From an uncultured cyanobacterium (GTDB lineage: Bacteria > Cyanobacteriota > Cyanobacteriia > CAKZMO01), in assembly GCA_963719515.1 (NCBI GenBank), contig CAVRCJ010000003.1, positions 704,001 through 768,000 on the forward strand: 64,000 nucleotides of DNA, in the 5' to 3' direction. Under the pieces are notes generated by a model. It did not search any database. It was given only the letters and a program-made list of their open reading frames with translations, and was not told the origin of the DNA. This document shows positions 10,164 through 21,182 of the stretch, one piece after another; position 1 is the first letter of the stretch; every line of letters starts with the position of its first letter. Both the position numbers and the translations under genes were made by a program.

Positions 10164-10523
10164 ATGGAGTCTACCCCCCTGGTCGCAACGGACATCGTCA
10201 TAAGCGACTCTCGTAAAACGATCGCCACGCACCCCCTCCCGGACCCTCCACACCCCGGCGTAACCCTAGTCCTCAGCGGCCAAACCTACACCGTACTAGA
10301 GCGGCGGCACCGCTATCGCCTACAGGCAGGGCGCTACCAGCTTCACCGCGTCATGCTCCTAGTGCAGGCCGCTCCGGCGGGCGATCGCACCCAAATAGGC
10401 GATCGCTGGGTCCTGGGCGACTCCACCTGCCGCTACAGTGCCCGCTCCGAACTCGTGCGCTGCGCCGTCAACCCGGCTGGACCTTGCGAGGGCTGCTGCC
10501 ATTACAAACCTCAGGTAGATTAA
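10164..10523 (+). CDS. Cyanobacterial conserved protein (DUF6464-like)
   Basis: [38 protein letters not shown]. Confidence 0.75.
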   Translation: MESTPLVATDIVISDSRKTIATHPLPDPPHPGVTLVLSGQTYTVLERRHRYRLQAGRYQLHRVMLLVQAAPAGDRTQIGDRWVLGDSTCRYSARSELVRCAVNPAGPCEGCCHYKPQVD

Positions 10524-11485
10524 GCTAGAACTGTCCCCACCGCCAGCCGGTTGCCATTGACAAAATCCCACCCCGACTGCGATCGCTTTCCGGCCTGCTG
10601 CACCTGCTGCAGCAACAGCGGTCCCTCCCCCGTCTGCACCACCGGCCCCTGGTTCTTGATGAGATCTATGACAGTGCCGGGTATTTGGGACGCATCAGCG
10701 GGAGAAGCCCACGCTGAGCTTGCCGAAGCGTGCTCGAGCGGCACCGTGCGAAACACCTTGAGCGCCTCCCCCTGGAACCGCGCCAAGCAGTTAGGGTAGA
10801 AGCCGCGCACCTGATTGTGGAGGGCGATCGCGGGGCGAGACCAATCTAGGGCGAAGTCTTCTTTTTTAAGTAATGGGGCATAGGTCGCCTCAGCGTCGGC
10901 CTGCGGCTCTGGGGTGATTTGGCCTTGATCTAAGCCCACGAGGGTATCCACGAGCAGCTGCGCCGTCATTTCGGAAAGCCGCTCGGCCAGGTCATTTGCG
11001 GTATCCGTTAGGCCAATAGGCGTGGTTGCTTTGAGCAGCATCGGACCGGTATCCATTCCCGCATCCATCAGCATGGTGGTAATTCCCGTTTCCGGCTCGC
11101 CGTGGTACAGGCTCCACTGAATGGGCGCTGCCCCCCGGTATTTCGGCAGCAGGGAGCCGTGGCCATTAATGCAGCCTAGCCGAGGCAGATCGAGAATGAA
11201 CTGGGAGAGCAGCTGGCCGTAAGCCACGACGACGAAGACATCTGCCTGAGCCTGCTGCAGGAATTCCAGGGTCGCGGCATCCTTTTTGAGGCGAGCGGGC
11301 TGATGCACCGGCAGCTGATGGGCTAGGGCGCAGGCTTTTACCGGTGATGGAGAGACCCCCCGCCCCCGCCCCCGCCGCTTGTCGGGCTGGGTGACCACCG
11401 CCTGTAGGTCAAGACCAGGCTGCGCAATGAGCCGCTGGAGCGTTGGCACCGCGAACTGCGGTGTTCCAAAAAAGATAGCCTGCAT
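10520..11485 (-). CDS. fmt: Methionyl-tRNA formyltransferase
   Basis: [38 protein letters not shown]. Confidence 0.95.
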   Translation of the reverse strand: MQAIFFGTPQFAVPTLQRLIAQPGLDLQAVVTQPDKRRGRGRGVSPSPVKACALAHQLPVHQPARLKKDAATLEFLQQAQADVFVVVAYGQLLSQFILDLPRLGCINGHGSLLPKYRGAAPIQWSLYHGEPETGITTMLMDAGMDTGPMLLKATTPIGLTDTANDLAERLSEMTAQLLVDTLVGLDQGQITPEPQADAEATYAPLLKKEDFALDWSRPAIALHNQVRGFYPNCLARFQGEALKVFRTVPLEHASASSAWASPADASQIPGTVIDLIKNQGPVVQTGEGPLLLQQVQQAGKRSQSGWDFVNGNRLAVGTVLA

Positions 11486-12276
11486 TAATTTGGGGAGGCG
11501 CTTGGGGGAACGCGCTGGGGAGAGGGTTGGGATGCCGCTGGCCGCTGGTTTCGAGCTGGAGTTTTGGCCAGCCGCTGCTCCAGCTCAGCGATACGGGCTT
11601 CTAGGGGCCTTGAAGATGGAGTGATGCCGACCTGGGCCTCTAGCTGGGCGATCGCCCCCTCTAGAGCGTCTTGCTCTAAGCGAAGCTGGCTCAGCGATCG
11701 CTGTAGCTCCTGCTGAGCCTGAGGATTGGGTTGTTCCGGGGTGGTTGGCGGCGGGGCGGGCTGCGCGGGGCGGGCTGCTGTAGAGCCTGAGGCGGCCTCT
11801 AAATCGGCTGGATCGGCTGCCGCTGACGGTCCCGGCGAGTCCGTTCCTGGTGGACGCCGAGGGGCAGGAGCCTCTGGGAAGTCGGTTTCCGGTGAGTCAG
11901 AGGCGGTGGCTGATTCAGACCTGCTGGCTTCATCAGGCTGATCTTGTCCACGAGGCTGTTCGACGCCGCCACCGACCCCACCAACCCCATCGGGCGGCGA
12001 TCGCGTTTCGGCGTCTGGGTAGGGTGCTCCCCGCAGGCGGGCTGCGCCGCGCAGCAAATTCTCTAGAAGAGGCTGCCTCTCTCCGGAGCCGGGAGCGACC
12101 TGGGCTATGGCGATGCCGATTACCAGGGCCAAAGCGCTGCCAACGCCAAGCAGCAAAAGCCGAAAAATAAGCACGAGAACAGGCCGCACAATAGAGGTTG
12201 CTTTGCTAGAGCGGGTATGCGTGGCCAGCTTAGTGGGTTTTGTCGAGGGTTCTGTCACAGCTTGACCCAATTCCAC
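11485..12276 (-). CDS. Membrane-anchored Pro/Ala-rich coiled-coil hypothetical protein
   Basis: One TM segment ([11 protein letters not shown]), low-complexity middle, C-terminal coiled coil; stop overlaps fmt start. Confidence 0.65.
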   Translation of the reverse strand: MELGQAVTEPSTKPTKLATHTRSSKATSIVRPVLVLIFRLLLLGVGSALALVIGIAIAQVAPGSGERQPLLENLLRGAARLRGAPYPDAETRSPPDGVGGVGGGVEQPRGQDQPDEASRSESATASDSPETDFPEAPAPRRPPGTDSPGPSAAADPADLEAASGSTAARPAQPAPPPTTPEQPNPQAQQELQRSLSQLRLEQDALEGAIAQLEAQVGITPSSRPLEARIAELEQRLAKTPARNQRPAASQPSPQRVPPSASPN

Positions 12277-12330
12277 TTTGTGATGCTACCGCACCTTGAC
12301 GCCGATTTGTGGACTTGACGGATTTCGGCG

Positions 12331-13200
12331 TTAGGTTTCCGGCGACGCCGTTTCGCAAAAGGGGTAAAACATAGACTGACCACTAACCCAACCCTGATCG
12401 GTTTTGAACCAGGTGCCCGTGCTGTTTTGGGTCGCCTCAGACGGAAAGACCAGCTCCCCCCCTGTCAGTTTGTTTTCCACCGGAATTTGATAGGCTGCCG
12501 TAGAGTGGACCGTTGTTCCGCCAGGGGCCACTACCAGCGGCAAATAGCCGTTGAACTCAATGCAGGCAGGCCGAAACAGCTCTTCGCCACTCATCCAGCC
12601 GCCGCTGTAAAACCAAACCCCGTCATTGTAGTAGCGCTGTTCCGCCACCACCACACTGCCCCCGTCTAGCTTCTGCAGCACCTCAGAGGCCGAGTCAGGC
12701 TCGGTGTAGACGCTGGCCCCTCCCGGCAGCACCACGAACGGACGACTGGTGCTAGCGTAGGCTTCTGAGAAATTGACAAACTTTCCTTCAACCCAGCCCT
12801 CCGACTCGCCGACGCGGGCGAAGTACCAAACGTTCCCGCCCTCTGACCGCTGCGCTTCCAAAACTTGGAGGCGATCGCCGCTCACCAAGGCCGTGACGAC
12901 GGCAGCATCAGGGGAGGGTTCGGTAAAGAGCGCACTGCCTTGGTCCTCAGAGGCCAGCAGCTCTGCGGTTTCCCCCGAAGGTTCGGGAGGGGAGGTCTCG
13001 GAGGCGGTGGGGACCGGCATTAAAGACACCGGCGTCAGCTCTGTTGAAGGGTCATCATCAGCGGCCGGCGCGGTCTCGATGGGCCAAGGGGAGGGGAGGG
13101 GTGAAGTTTCGGGAGGTGCGGCGGACCGGCAGGCCGCAGCGCTGATGCTAAGCAGGATAAGAATCCCGACGCGAGTTGAGATCGTCCCTGGCATAGTCAT
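12331..13200 (-). CDS. Putative lipoprotein with SH3b-like repeats
   Basis: Lipobox-like SAAAC; three WYF...GWV-type repeats. Confidence 0.65.
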   Translation of the reverse strand: MTMPGTISTRVGILILLSISAAACRSAAPPETSPLPSPWPIETAPAADDDPSTELTPVSLMPVPTASETSPPEPSGETAELLASEDQGSALFTEPSPDAAVVTALVSGDRLQVLEAQRSEGGNVWYFARVGESEGWVEGKFVNFSEAYASTSRPFVVLPGGASVYTEPDSASEVLQKLDGGSVVVAEQRYYNDGVWFYSGGWMSGEELFRPACIEFNGYLPLVVAPGGTTVHSTAAYQIPVENKLTGGELVFPSEATQNSTGTWFKTDQGWVSGQSMFYPFCETASPET

Positions 13201-13203
13201 TGC

Positions 13204-13620
13204 CTATGATAAAACCCGTAAAAACTCTAAGGGTAGCCCATCCGCATCGGCAAGGAACGCTACCTCATAGACGCGATCGCCGATCATCTGCTGCTGGGGA
13301 GGTAGTAAAACCGTCAGTGGCTCCATCTCGTTTTCCTGAGCCTGCTTTTGGATTTGTTCTACCCAGTCTGGCAAGCTGGGGGCGGCAGCGGTGAGATCAA
13401 ACGACAGGTGGTAGTACCCCGTGTAGTGCTCGTCGCTGAACGCATCGGCCGTCGGCGCAGGCTGGGGCACCTGCAGCAGCTCTATTCGGCCCCCTAGCCC
13501 CTCCATCCAGCAGGCTAGAGTAATCCCGGCAGTAAAGCGTTCGCACACCTCAAAGCCCAGCAGCTCGTAAAAGGCGATCGCGCGGTGGATGTCAGCGGTG
13601 CGGATAGAGGCGTGGTGCAT
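13204..13620 (-). CDS. VOC/glyoxalase family protein
   Basis: HHASIRTADI, YYHLSF, DADGLPLEF. Confidence 0.85.
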   Translation of the reverse strand: MHHASIRTADIHRAIAFYELLGFEVCERFTAGITLACWMEGLGGRIELLQVPQPAPTADAFSDEHYTGYYHLSFDLTAAAPSLPDWVEQIQKQAQENEMEPLTVLLPPQQQMIGDRVYEVAFLADADGLPLEFLRVLS

Positions 13621-14124
13621 TTATTCGAACATTCGATAATAGGGATAGCGCTCCGGGGTGCCGGGCTCCTTGTCCAGATCGAAATTGATCACTTCCCAGC
13701 AGGGCTCGTCCTCAGTCTCAGCGCTAAACTCAACCGGTAGCCCATAGAGCCGGGGCTTGGGGAGTTCAGACTTCTCCCGCCAGGGTGTACTGCGCTCTAG
13801 ATAAGTGCTCACTAGCTCCTTGTACCGGTGGGCAATAACCACCCGCGTCGCGCGATAGCCCTGGGTGTACAGCTGGTCTAGCGCCTCGTGAATCTCGAAG
13901 CGAATCCCATCAGGGTGAGTATGCTGCCGGTACCAGCGGTCATCCCACAGTCGCCAGTGCCGTCCAGACTGCAGATGTACAAGCTCGTTGGTTTTGGGCG
14001 CGACCTCGAAAGCGCCGTGGCGCGGACAGAGATAAGTATCGGTCAGCGTCAGCGCTGCTATAGTCTGACGACAGTGAGGACAATAGATCTCTGGCCCGAA
14101 GATGGGATACTGTAGATTAACCAT
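13621..14124 (-). CDS. Cyanobacterial conserved protein (TIGR02652-like)
   Basis: YPIFGPEIYCPHCRQ...YLCPRHGAFE. Confidence 0.75.
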   Translation of the reverse strand: MVNLQYPIFGPEIYCPHCRQTIAALTLTDTYLCPRHGAFEVAPKTNELVHLQSGRHWRLWDDRWYRQHTHPDGIRFEIHEALDQLYTQGYRATRVVIAHRYKELVSTYLERSTPWREKSELPKPRLYGLPVEFSAETEDEPCWEVINFDLDKEPGTPERYPYYRMFE

Positions 14125-14253
14125 AATGCTATATCAGCAGAACTCCGCAAGGACTCTACAGCCAACCGTCAGGTAACCGTTAAGCTTGGCCATACGGTAA
14201 TTCTAAGCGCACCCTATGGCACAAGCGGTAAAACTTTGAGCATTTTTCAAGAT

Positions 14254-14802
14254 ATGGCTTCTCCCCCTGAGCCGTCTCACTCCGTTAACCCATCTCCTTG
14301 GCCTTCTCCAACGCTCTCGGGGGCTGCCTTTGTCGCTCCTGACGCCACGATCATTGGCGCGGTGCAGCTCGGCAAAGGATCTAGCGTCTGGTATGGCGCG
14401 GTGCTGCGGGGAGATGTGGAAAAGATTGAGGTGGGGGACCACAGCAACGTGCAGGACGGGGCTATCCTCCACGGCGATCCGGGTCAGCCAGCGGTGCTAG
14501 AGGCCTTTGTGACCGTAGGACACCGGGCAGTGATCCACGGAGCAACTGTGGGACGGGGCACCTTGGTGGGTATCGGCGCCATCGTGCTCAACGGGGTCAC
14601 GGTGGGGGAAGGCTGCATGATCGGGGCAGGGTCAGTGGTCACCAAAGATGTCCCGGAGCGATCGCTCGTGGTGGGAATTCCGGCGAAGGTGAAGCGGCAG
14701 CTATCGGCGGCGGAGGTGCAGGATTTGATTGAGCACGCCCAGAAGTACGAGAAGCTGGCCCAGGTGCACGCCGGTACGGGGCAGGATTTGGGGTTTGCGT
14801 GA
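14254..14802 (+). CDS. Gamma-class carbonic anhydrase family protein
   Basis: VWYGAVLRGD, NVQDGAILH, TVGHRAVIHG hexapeptide repeats. Confidence 0.88.
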   Translation: MASPPEPSHSVNPSPWPSPTLSGAAFVAPDATIIGAVQLGKGSSVWYGAVLRGDVEKIEVGDHSNVQDGAILHGDPGQPAVLEAFVTVGHRAVIHGATVGRGTLVGIGAIVLNGVTVGEGCMIGAGSVVTKDVPERSLVVGIPAKVKRQLSAAEVQDLIEHAQKYEKLAQVHAGTGQDLGFA

Positions 14803-14885
14803 TTTTCGCATCACGGATTTGACCGTTCCCGTTTGACCCTTCCCAGTTTATTGCCAAGGTGATGCATTACCGATACGGGTTTAAC

Positions 14886-14917
14886 CGGTAGGGACATGGC
14901 ACGCCATGTCCCTACCG
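14886..14917. repeat. REP-like GTAG palindrome between convergent genes
   Basis: CGGTAGGGACATGGC-AC-GCCATGTCCCTACCG perfect inverted repeat. Confidence 0.75.
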
Positions 14918-14933
14918 GGCGTGAACGGGGGAT

Positions 14934-16139
14934 CTACGCGTCGTCCAGGGCTGCGATACCGGGAAGGGTCTTGCCTTCCAGCAGCTCTAGGCTCGCGCCG
15001 CCGCCGGTAGAAATGTGGCTCATCTTATCTGCCACACCTACCTTCTCAACCGCTGCTACAGAGTCTCCGCCGCCGATGATGGTGGTGGCCCCTGTACCGG
15101 TTAGCTCTGCCAGGGTACCGGCGATCGCCTCAGTTCCAGCGGCGAACTTGTCAAACTCGAACACGCCCATGGGGCCATTCCAGATCACCGACTTGCACTG
15201 CTTGAGGGCGTCCTGAAACACCTTCACGGAATCAGGGCCAATGTCCAGCCCCATCCAGCCATCGGGAATATTCTCCACGCTGACGGTTTGGGATTCAGCG
15301 TCGGGGGCAAAGTTGTCGGCCAACACCACGTCGGTGGGCAAGAGTAGGTCCACGCCCTTCTCTTTAGCTTTGGCTTCTAGAGACTTCGCTAGCTCTAGCT
15401 TGTCGTCTTCCACCAAAGACTTCCCTACATTTAGACCCCGCGCTTTGTAAAAGGTGAAGATCATGCCGCCGCCAATCAGCAGCTTGTCTACCTTGTCGAG
15501 CAGGGTTTCGATAACGCCAATTTTGCTAGAGACTTTAGAGCCGCCAATGATCGCAGCTAGGGGCTTTTGAGGGTTCTCGATGGCGTTCTGCAGGTACTGC
15601 AGCTCTTTGTCGATCAGGTAGCCCGCGACAGCGGGACTCAGGTAGTGGGTCACCCCTTCCGTGGAAGCGTGGGCGCGGTGGGCGGTGCCAAAGGCGTCGT
15701 TGACGTAGAGGTCGGCATTTGAAGCAAGCTGCTTGGCAAACTCGGCGTCGTTGGCCTCTTCCCCAGCCTTGAAGCGCAGATTCTCCAGCAGCAGCACGTC
15801 GCCATTGGCCATCGCGCCGATCTTTTGCGCCACTTCATCACCGACGCAGTCGTCACACTTCACGACCGGCTTGCCGAGCAGGTCCGATAGGCGAGCAGCC
15901 ACGGCGGTGAGGCGCAGGTCCTCTTTCACCTGGCCCTTCGGGCGGCCCATGTGGCTGCTGAGAATGACCTTGGCCCCCTTATCAACAAGGTCGTTGATAG
16001 TAGGTAGGGCAGCGCGGATGCGGGTATCGTCAGTAATACTGCCCTTATCGTCTGACGGAACGTTGAAATCTGCTCGAACAAGTACCCGCTTACCGGAAAT
16101 GTCCGAAGCGGATAGGTCGGCTAGCGTCTTCTTAGACAC
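14934..16139 (-). CDS. pgk: Phosphoglycerate kinase
   Basis: [47 protein letters not shown]. Confidence 0.98.
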   Translation of the reverse strand: MSKKTLADLSASDISGKRVLVRADFNVPSDDKGSITDDTRIRAALPTINDLVDKGAKVILSSHMGRPKGQVKEDLRLTAVAARLSDLLGKPVVKCDDCVGDEVAQKIGAMANGDVLLLENLRFKAGEEANDAEFAKQLASNADLYVNDAFGTAHRAHASTEGVTHYLSPAVAGYLIDKELQYLQNAIENPQKPLAAIIGGSKVSSKIGVIETLLDKVDKLLIGGGMIFTFYKARGLNVGKSLVEDDKLELAKSLEAKAKEKGVDLLLPTDVVLADNFAPDAESQTVSVENIPDGWMGLDIGPDSVKVFQDALKQCKSVIWNGPMGVFEFDKFAAGTEAIAGTLAELTGTGATTIIGGGDSVAAVEKVGVADKMSHISTGGGASLELLEGKTLPGIAALDDA

Positions 16140-16391
16140 GGAATCCCTCCCAATAGATGTTTCTACTTACTGCGTATTGTCCTAACAGGATGCGGCATTT
16201 CCAAATCCCCCGTAAGTTCTAAGGAGAGCAACGCCGATCATCCCACTCCTTAAGGCCAGTCTTACGGCCCGCTAGGCGCTATGATTCAAAGAAAAGTAGC
16301 TTAGACATGTGGTTCAAAACCATCCACATCTTACCGGAGTTTGTACCCGCCCCAGAGATCCAGCCAGAGATCCAGCCCCAGAGAGGCCGCT

Positions 16392-16802
16392 ATGTTTAAG
16401 ACCGTGCTCTTTCCCATCGATCAAACCCGTGAGTCTCGCCACGCCGCTGAGCTCGTGACAAGTATTGTCAAAACCTACAGCAGCAAGCTTGTTTTACTCT
16501 CGGTCGTAGAATCTCCTGAGGACCGAGAAGGGACTTCCGAGCCGGAAATGACCTCTCCCGCAGCGATCGCCAAGCTGCTAGAAACTGCCAGAACCCTGTT
16601 TAAAGATGAGAATATCGATACCGAGGTGCTAGAAAGGCAGGGAATGCCCGCTTTTATCATCTGTGATGTAGCGGATGAGCTAGATGCCGACTTGATCGTA
16701 ATGGGGAGTCGCGGCATCGGGCTGACGGAGGAAGGGCTGTCGGATAGCGTCAGCAACCGCGTGATTAATCTTTCTCCCTGCCCGGTGCTGATTGTGCCGT
16801 AG
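16392..16802 (+). CDS. Universal stress protein
   Basis: MFKTVLFPID; ADLIVMGSRG...SVS...PCPVLIV. Confidence 0.9.
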   Translation: MFKTVLFPIDQTRESRHAAELVTSIVKTYSSKLVLLSVVESPEDREGTSEPEMTSPAAIAKLLETARTLFKDENIDTEVLERQGMPAFIICDVADELDADLIVMGSRGIGLTEEGLSDSVSNRVINLSPCPVLIVP

Positions 16803-16847
16803 CGAAATTGCACCGCAGCTACGCTGCTCCTTAATGTTTAGGTTCCC

Positions 16848-17711
16848 ATGACTGCTCCCGATATTCAGTGGTACCCCGGCCATATTGCCAAGGCCGAAAA
16901 GCAGCTCCAAAATCAGCTCCAGCGCGTAGACGTGGTGCTGGAGGTTCGAGATGCCCGAATTCCTCTGGCGACGCATCACCCAGACGTAGCGCGTTGGGTG
17001 GGAGATAAGGCTAAAGTGCTGGTGCTCAATCGCGTGGATATGGTGCCCGATGAGGTTGTGCTCTTATGGACCGACTGGTTTAAGGCGCGGCAGGAGCGGC
17101 CCTATGGGGCGAATGCGCAGCAGGGAAAAGGGGTAAAAGCGATCGCCCAAGCGGCCCAGACTGCAGGACGCGCTATGAACGAGCGCCGTCGCCAGAGAGG
17201 GATGCGGCCCCGTCCGGTGCGGGCGGTGGTGATCGGCTTCCCCAATGTGGGTAAGTCAGCGTTGATCAACCGGCTGCTGCGTAAGCGAGTAGTAGAGAGC
17301 GCTCGCCGACCGGGGGTAACGCGACAGCTCCGCTGGGTCCGCATTTCCGATGAGTTAGAGCTACTGGACTCGCCTGGGGTCCTGCCCTCCCAGCTAGAGA
17401 ACCAGGATGCCGCCATCAAGCTCGCCATCTGCGATGACATTGGCGAAGCGGCCTATGACAATCAGCGGGTGGCGGCGGCGTTTGTGGAAAAGCTTAAAAG
17501 CCTGCAGGCGGTGGTCCCGCAATTTGTGCCGCCGGACCTACTAGAGGAACGCTACGGACTGGCGGCGACCGAGTTCACGGGGGAGAGCTATGTGGTAGCG
17601 CTAGGGGAATATCGCTACCAGAATGATTCAGAGCGAGCAGCGCGGCAAATGCTGCGGGACTTTCGGAAGGGGCTGCTGGGGACCATTCCGCTAGAGCTGC
17701 CAAAAGATTGA
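16848..17711 (+). CDS. ylqF: Ribosome biogenesis GTPase YlqF/RbgA
   Basis: IQWYPGH, DARIP, GFPNVGKS, PGVTR, LLDSPG. Confidence 0.95.
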   Translation: MTAPDIQWYPGHIAKAEKQLQNQLQRVDVVLEVRDARIPLATHHPDVARWVGDKAKVLVLNRVDMVPDEVVLLWTDWFKARQERPYGANAQQGKGVKAIAQAAQTAGRAMNERRRQRGMRPRPVRAVVIGFPNVGKSALINRLLRKRVVESARRPGVTRQLRWVRISDELELLDSPGVLPSQLENQDAAIKLAICDDIGEAAYDNQRVAAAFVEKLKSLQAVVPQFVPPDLLEERYGLAATEFTGESYVVALGEYRYQNDSERAARQMLRDFRKGLLGTIPLELPKD

Positions 17712-17749
17712 GAGCTCGACATCTTCCCGGCTTACGCTCTCGCGCGAAT

Positions 17750-18388
17750 TTAGCGGCTTAGCCAAATCGACACCAGCCCAAACCCCGTCAGCAAACCCCC
17801 CGATCCCCGGTTAAGCCACTGCATAATCTCCGGTGTAATTCGCCGCCGCACGAGACTAACGCCGCCGCTTAGGCAAAGCCACCACAGCGCCGATCCCAAG
17901 AAAACGCCGCTCACAAGGGCGATCGCGTCCCCATAGCTGCTCGCGGCTCGCGCCAGCCCTAGCCCGGCAAAAACGGCTACGAAAGATAAGATAGTCGCTG
18001 GGTTGGTCAACGTCAGCAAGACCGTCGAACTGTAGGCGCTGATTAGCCCCAACCGTTCACCCGCTGCTGAATTTACCTCACCTTCAACCGCTGCCTCAGC
18101 TTTGGGCCTCTCCAAAAATGCCTTGACGCCTAGGTAAAGCAAAAAGCCGCCCCCAAGCCTTTGAATCCAGGTCTCATAGGCTAAGAGACCGTTAGAAATA
18201 GCGGTCAACCCGAAGCCGGCCATCAGTCCGTAGAAGCCGTCAGCGGTCGCTGCGCCCAAACCTGAGGCAAACCCAATGGCGAGACCACGGGCCAGCGTGC
18301 GCTGAATGCAGAGAATACCGATGGGGCCAACCGGCATGGCGATTGAGAAGCCTAGCGCTAGCCCCTGAACAAGTGAAATGACGCTCAT
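17750..18388 (-). CDS. LysE family translocator
   Basis: IAMPVGPIG, GLGAATAD, LTLTNPATI. Confidence 0.9.
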   Translation of the reverse strand: MSVISLVQGLALGFSIAMPVGPIGILCIQRTLARGLAIGFASGLGAATADGFYGLMAGFGLTAISNGLLAYETWIQRLGGGFLLYLGVKAFLERPKAEAAVEGEVNSAAGERLGLISAYSSTVLLTLTNPATILSFVAVFAGLGLARAASSYGDAIALVSGVFLGSALWWLCLSGGVSLVRRRITPEIMQWLNRGSGGLLTGFGLVSIWLSR

Positions 18389-18450
18389 GGCAATTTACCC
18401 GTATGTTGAAGACGCCTGCTGCGCCCCAACGTGGACGAGTCACTGCGTCG

Positions 18451-18924
18451 TTACTCTGGTGGACGGCTGGCCTTCAGCGGCAGCACCGGCGTTTCTTTCA
18501 CCGTCGATAGTGCAATCATGGTGCTGGTACGAGAAACCCCAGCCACGCCTTTGATCTCTTCATTGACCAAGCGCTCTAGATCTTTGGCGTTGCTGCAGCG
18601 GATTTTCAAGAGGTAGTCATCGTCGCCCGTCACGTGGTGGCACTCTTGCACCTCCTGCAAGGACTCAACCTTTTTAAGAAATGGCCCCTGATGCTTCGGT
18701 TTATCCAATCGAATCGAAATAAAGGCCGTCAGGGCGCATCCCACAGCTTCAGGATCGACAAGGGCCGCGTAGCCCATGATCACCTGGCGCTCTTCTAGTC
18801 GCCGTACCCGGTCAGCAGTTGCCGGAGCCGACAGCTCTAAAATTCCCGCAAGCTCGGACCACGTGATCCGACCTTGCTCCATCAAATGCCGAATCGCTTT
18901 GTAATCGGTCTCGTTTATCTCCAT
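18451..18924 (-). CDS. Lrp/AsnC family transcriptional regulator
   Basis: N-terminal HTH (ELAGILELSAPATADRVRRLE), ECHHVTGDDDYLLK. Confidence 0.92.
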   Translation of the reverse strand: MEINETDYKAIRHLMEQGRITWSELAGILELSAPATADRVRRLEERQVIMGYAALVDPEAVGCALTAFISIRLDKPKHQGPFLKKVESLQEVQECHHVTGDDDYLLKIRCSNAKDLERLVNEEIKGVAGVSRTSTMIALSTVKETPVLPLKASRPPE

Positions 18925-19309
18925 AAATCTTCTTTAAATAGGATTTTAAGCTGTTTTTCTTGTTTTAGCAAGGCGTTTTCTACTTTTACCTTGAATGATG
19001 GCTGTTTTTGACTGAAAAGGCTTTTCTTTTCAAGTTTAAATTGCCAATTAGATTAAATTAGTGAAGTTAGTATGCCAATTTAGTCTGATTTTCCGTATTT
19101 GACAACCTTTTGTAGCGTAGACCACAGTTGCAGTAAATACGAACAGGTCCTGGTCGTCTACTCTCTGTCAACGGTGTATTGATGGCGGAGAGCGAGTAAA
19201 GCGGGTTGAGGGTGTATGATGTTTTGATGTTTTTGTTGATGACTGGCGTTGAGTGTTGAGAGTTCATCAGGCTGGCGGAAACTTAGTTTAGAAGAGGGTT
19301 TGACGCACT

Positions 19310-20965
19310 ATGACTAAATTTGGGATGTCTCAAACGAGATGGCGATCGCTGCTCCGCTTCGCAGGGTTGTTTTGCCTCTGCGCGACGCTGATCATCAGCT
19401 GCGCCGGACCACAGGATGGCGCGTCAGACCAAGGTGCCTCTACTGAGGGAACTGAAGAAGCCAGCGCGTCGAGTCGGATTACCATGGGCACTACCCAAAA
19501 GGTGGACACCATCGACCCCGCCGACGCCTACAGAATTTTTCCAGGCATCCTGCTCTACAACATGGGCGATCGCCTCTATACCTACGAGACCGGCGGCACG
19601 GAGATTGTACCCCAGCTGGCCACCGAGCTGCCCACCATCAGCGACGATGGCCTCACCTACACGGTTCCTATTCGGGAAGGGGTTACCTTTCATGACGGCA
19701 GTCCCTTCAACGCCGAAGTGATGGTGTTCTCCTTACAGCGGTTTATCCAGAACGGTGGCGGTCCCTCCTTCCTGCTCTCTGAAAAGGTGGAGTCCGTGGA
19801 AGCCACGGGAGACTACGAAATTACCCTTACCCTCGACTCTCCTTTTGCCGCTTTTACCGCTCTGCTCACTTTCTGGGGCACCACCCCCGTTCCCATGGAT
19901 AGCTACACCATCGGCGAAGGTGTCTTCCAGCCCGATACCTTCATCGGCACCGGCCCCTACCGGCTCGCAGAGCTGACCCCCGATACCGTCCGCCTAGACG
20001 TGTTTGAAGACTACTGGGGCGACCAGCCGGTCAACGACGGCTACGATATCCGGCTCTTCAGCAGCGCGGCCAACCTCTACAACGCCTTCCGCACTCAGGA
20101 GATGGATATCGCCTACCAAACTCTTGATCCTGACCAGATTGCTTCTCTTGAAGAAGAATCCGCCTCATCGGGTTGGCAGGTGATCGAGGCCGGTACGACC
20201 GTAGTCAACTACATGCTGCTAAACCAGAACCTGCCGCCGCTAGACGATGTCAACGTCAGGCAGGCGATCGCCGCCCTGATCGACCGGCCTCTGCTGAGCG
20301 AGCGGGTGTTTAAGGGGCAGGCCGAGCCGCTCTACAGCCTCATCCCCACTAGCTTCGATGTCTACAAGCCTGTGTTTGAGGAAGCGTATGGCGATGGCAA
20401 CGCTGAAAAGGCCCGTCAGCTCTTAGAAGAGGCCGGCTATAGCGAGGACAATCCGCTGACTTTAGAGCTGTGGTATCCCTCCGCATCCACCGACCGCAAC
20501 CTAGTGGCCACCACCCTAGAGGCCTCCTTCGAGCAGCAGCTGCCCGGTCTGGTAGACGTACAGGTTAAAGACGTCGAGGGGGCCACCGCTTGGCCCAATT
20601 TGGACAAGGGAATTTACCCCACCTTCTTGCTCAACTGGTACCCCGACTTCTACGACGCCGATAACTTCATTCAGCCATTTATGGAATGCAAAACCGGCTC
20701 TGAGGAAGCGGGCTGTGAGGAAGGGGCCAACCGCTCGTTCTACTACAGCGATCGCGCCAACGAGCTGATTGAGAAAGAGCGGGCCGAGACGGACCCAGGG
20801 GCTCGTGAAGAGGCCTTCTTGGAGCTACAGGATATTTTGGCGGAGGATGTGCCCTACATTCCGCTGTGGCAGAACAAAGACTACGTGTTTGCCCAGGATG
20901 GGGTGGAGAACGTCAGCGTGGAGCCAACGCAGCAGTTCTTGCTGTGGAAGGTCGAGAAATCGTAG
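19310..20965 (+). CDS. ABC transporter substrate-binding lipoprotein (family 5, peptide/nickel)
   Basis: Lipobox IISC; LATELP..SDDGLTYT..REGVTFHDG; GTGPY. Confidence 0.9.
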   Translation: MTKFGMSQTRWRSLLRFAGLFCLCATLIISCAGPQDGASDQGASTEGTEEASASSRITMGTTQKVDTIDPADAYRIFPGILLYNMGDRLYTYETGGTEIVPQLATELPTISDDGLTYTVPIREGVTFHDGSPFNAEVMVFSLQRFIQNGGGPSFLLSEKVESVEATGDYEITLTLDSPFAAFTALLTFWGTTPVPMDSYTIGEGVFQPDTFIGTGPYRLAELTPDTVRLDVFEDYWGDQPVNDGYDIRLFSSAANLYNAFRTQEMDIAYQTLDPDQIASLEEESASSGWQVIEAGTTVVNYMLLNQNLPPLDDVNVRQAIAALIDRPLLSERVFKGQAEPLYSLIPTSFDVYKPVFEEAYGDGNAEKARQLLEEAGYSEDNPLTLELWYPSASTDRNLVATTLEASFEQQLPGLVDVQVKDVEGATAWPNLDKGIYPTFLLNWYPDFYDADNFIQPFMECKTGSEEAGCEEGANRSFYYSDRANELIEKERAETDPGAREEAFLELQDILAEDVPYIPLWQNKDYVFAQDGVENVSVEPTQQFLLWKVEKS

Positions 20966-20978
20966 AACGGAGATTCCT

Positions 20979-21179
20979 ATGCCCTACGTCAACGTCCAAA
21001 TTACCCGAGGCGCGACTAGAGAGAAAAAGGCTGAACTAGTCCAAGACGTCACGAGTTCGCTCGTGCGCGTCTTGGGCAAAAAGCCAGAGCACATTCACGT
21101 CGTTATCCAAGAAATCGAGGATGAGAACTGGGGGTACTCTGGGCTATTGACGGACGATTGGAAGAAACGGCAAGCTTGA
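20979..21179 (+). CDS. 4-oxalocrotonate tautomerase family protein
   Basis: MPYVNVQI (catalytic Pro after Met), HIHVVIQEI...NWGYSG; 66 aa. Confidence 0.9.
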   Translation: MPYVNVQITRGATREKKAELVQDVTSSLVRVLGKKPEHIHVVIQEIEDENWGYSGLLTDDWKKRQA

Positions 21180-21182
21180 GCC

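Noticed and set aside
16352..16375. 12-bp duplication CCAGAGATCCAG, and the CCAG microsatellite near 30657-30683
   Set aside because: Short slippage repeats with no evidence of function.
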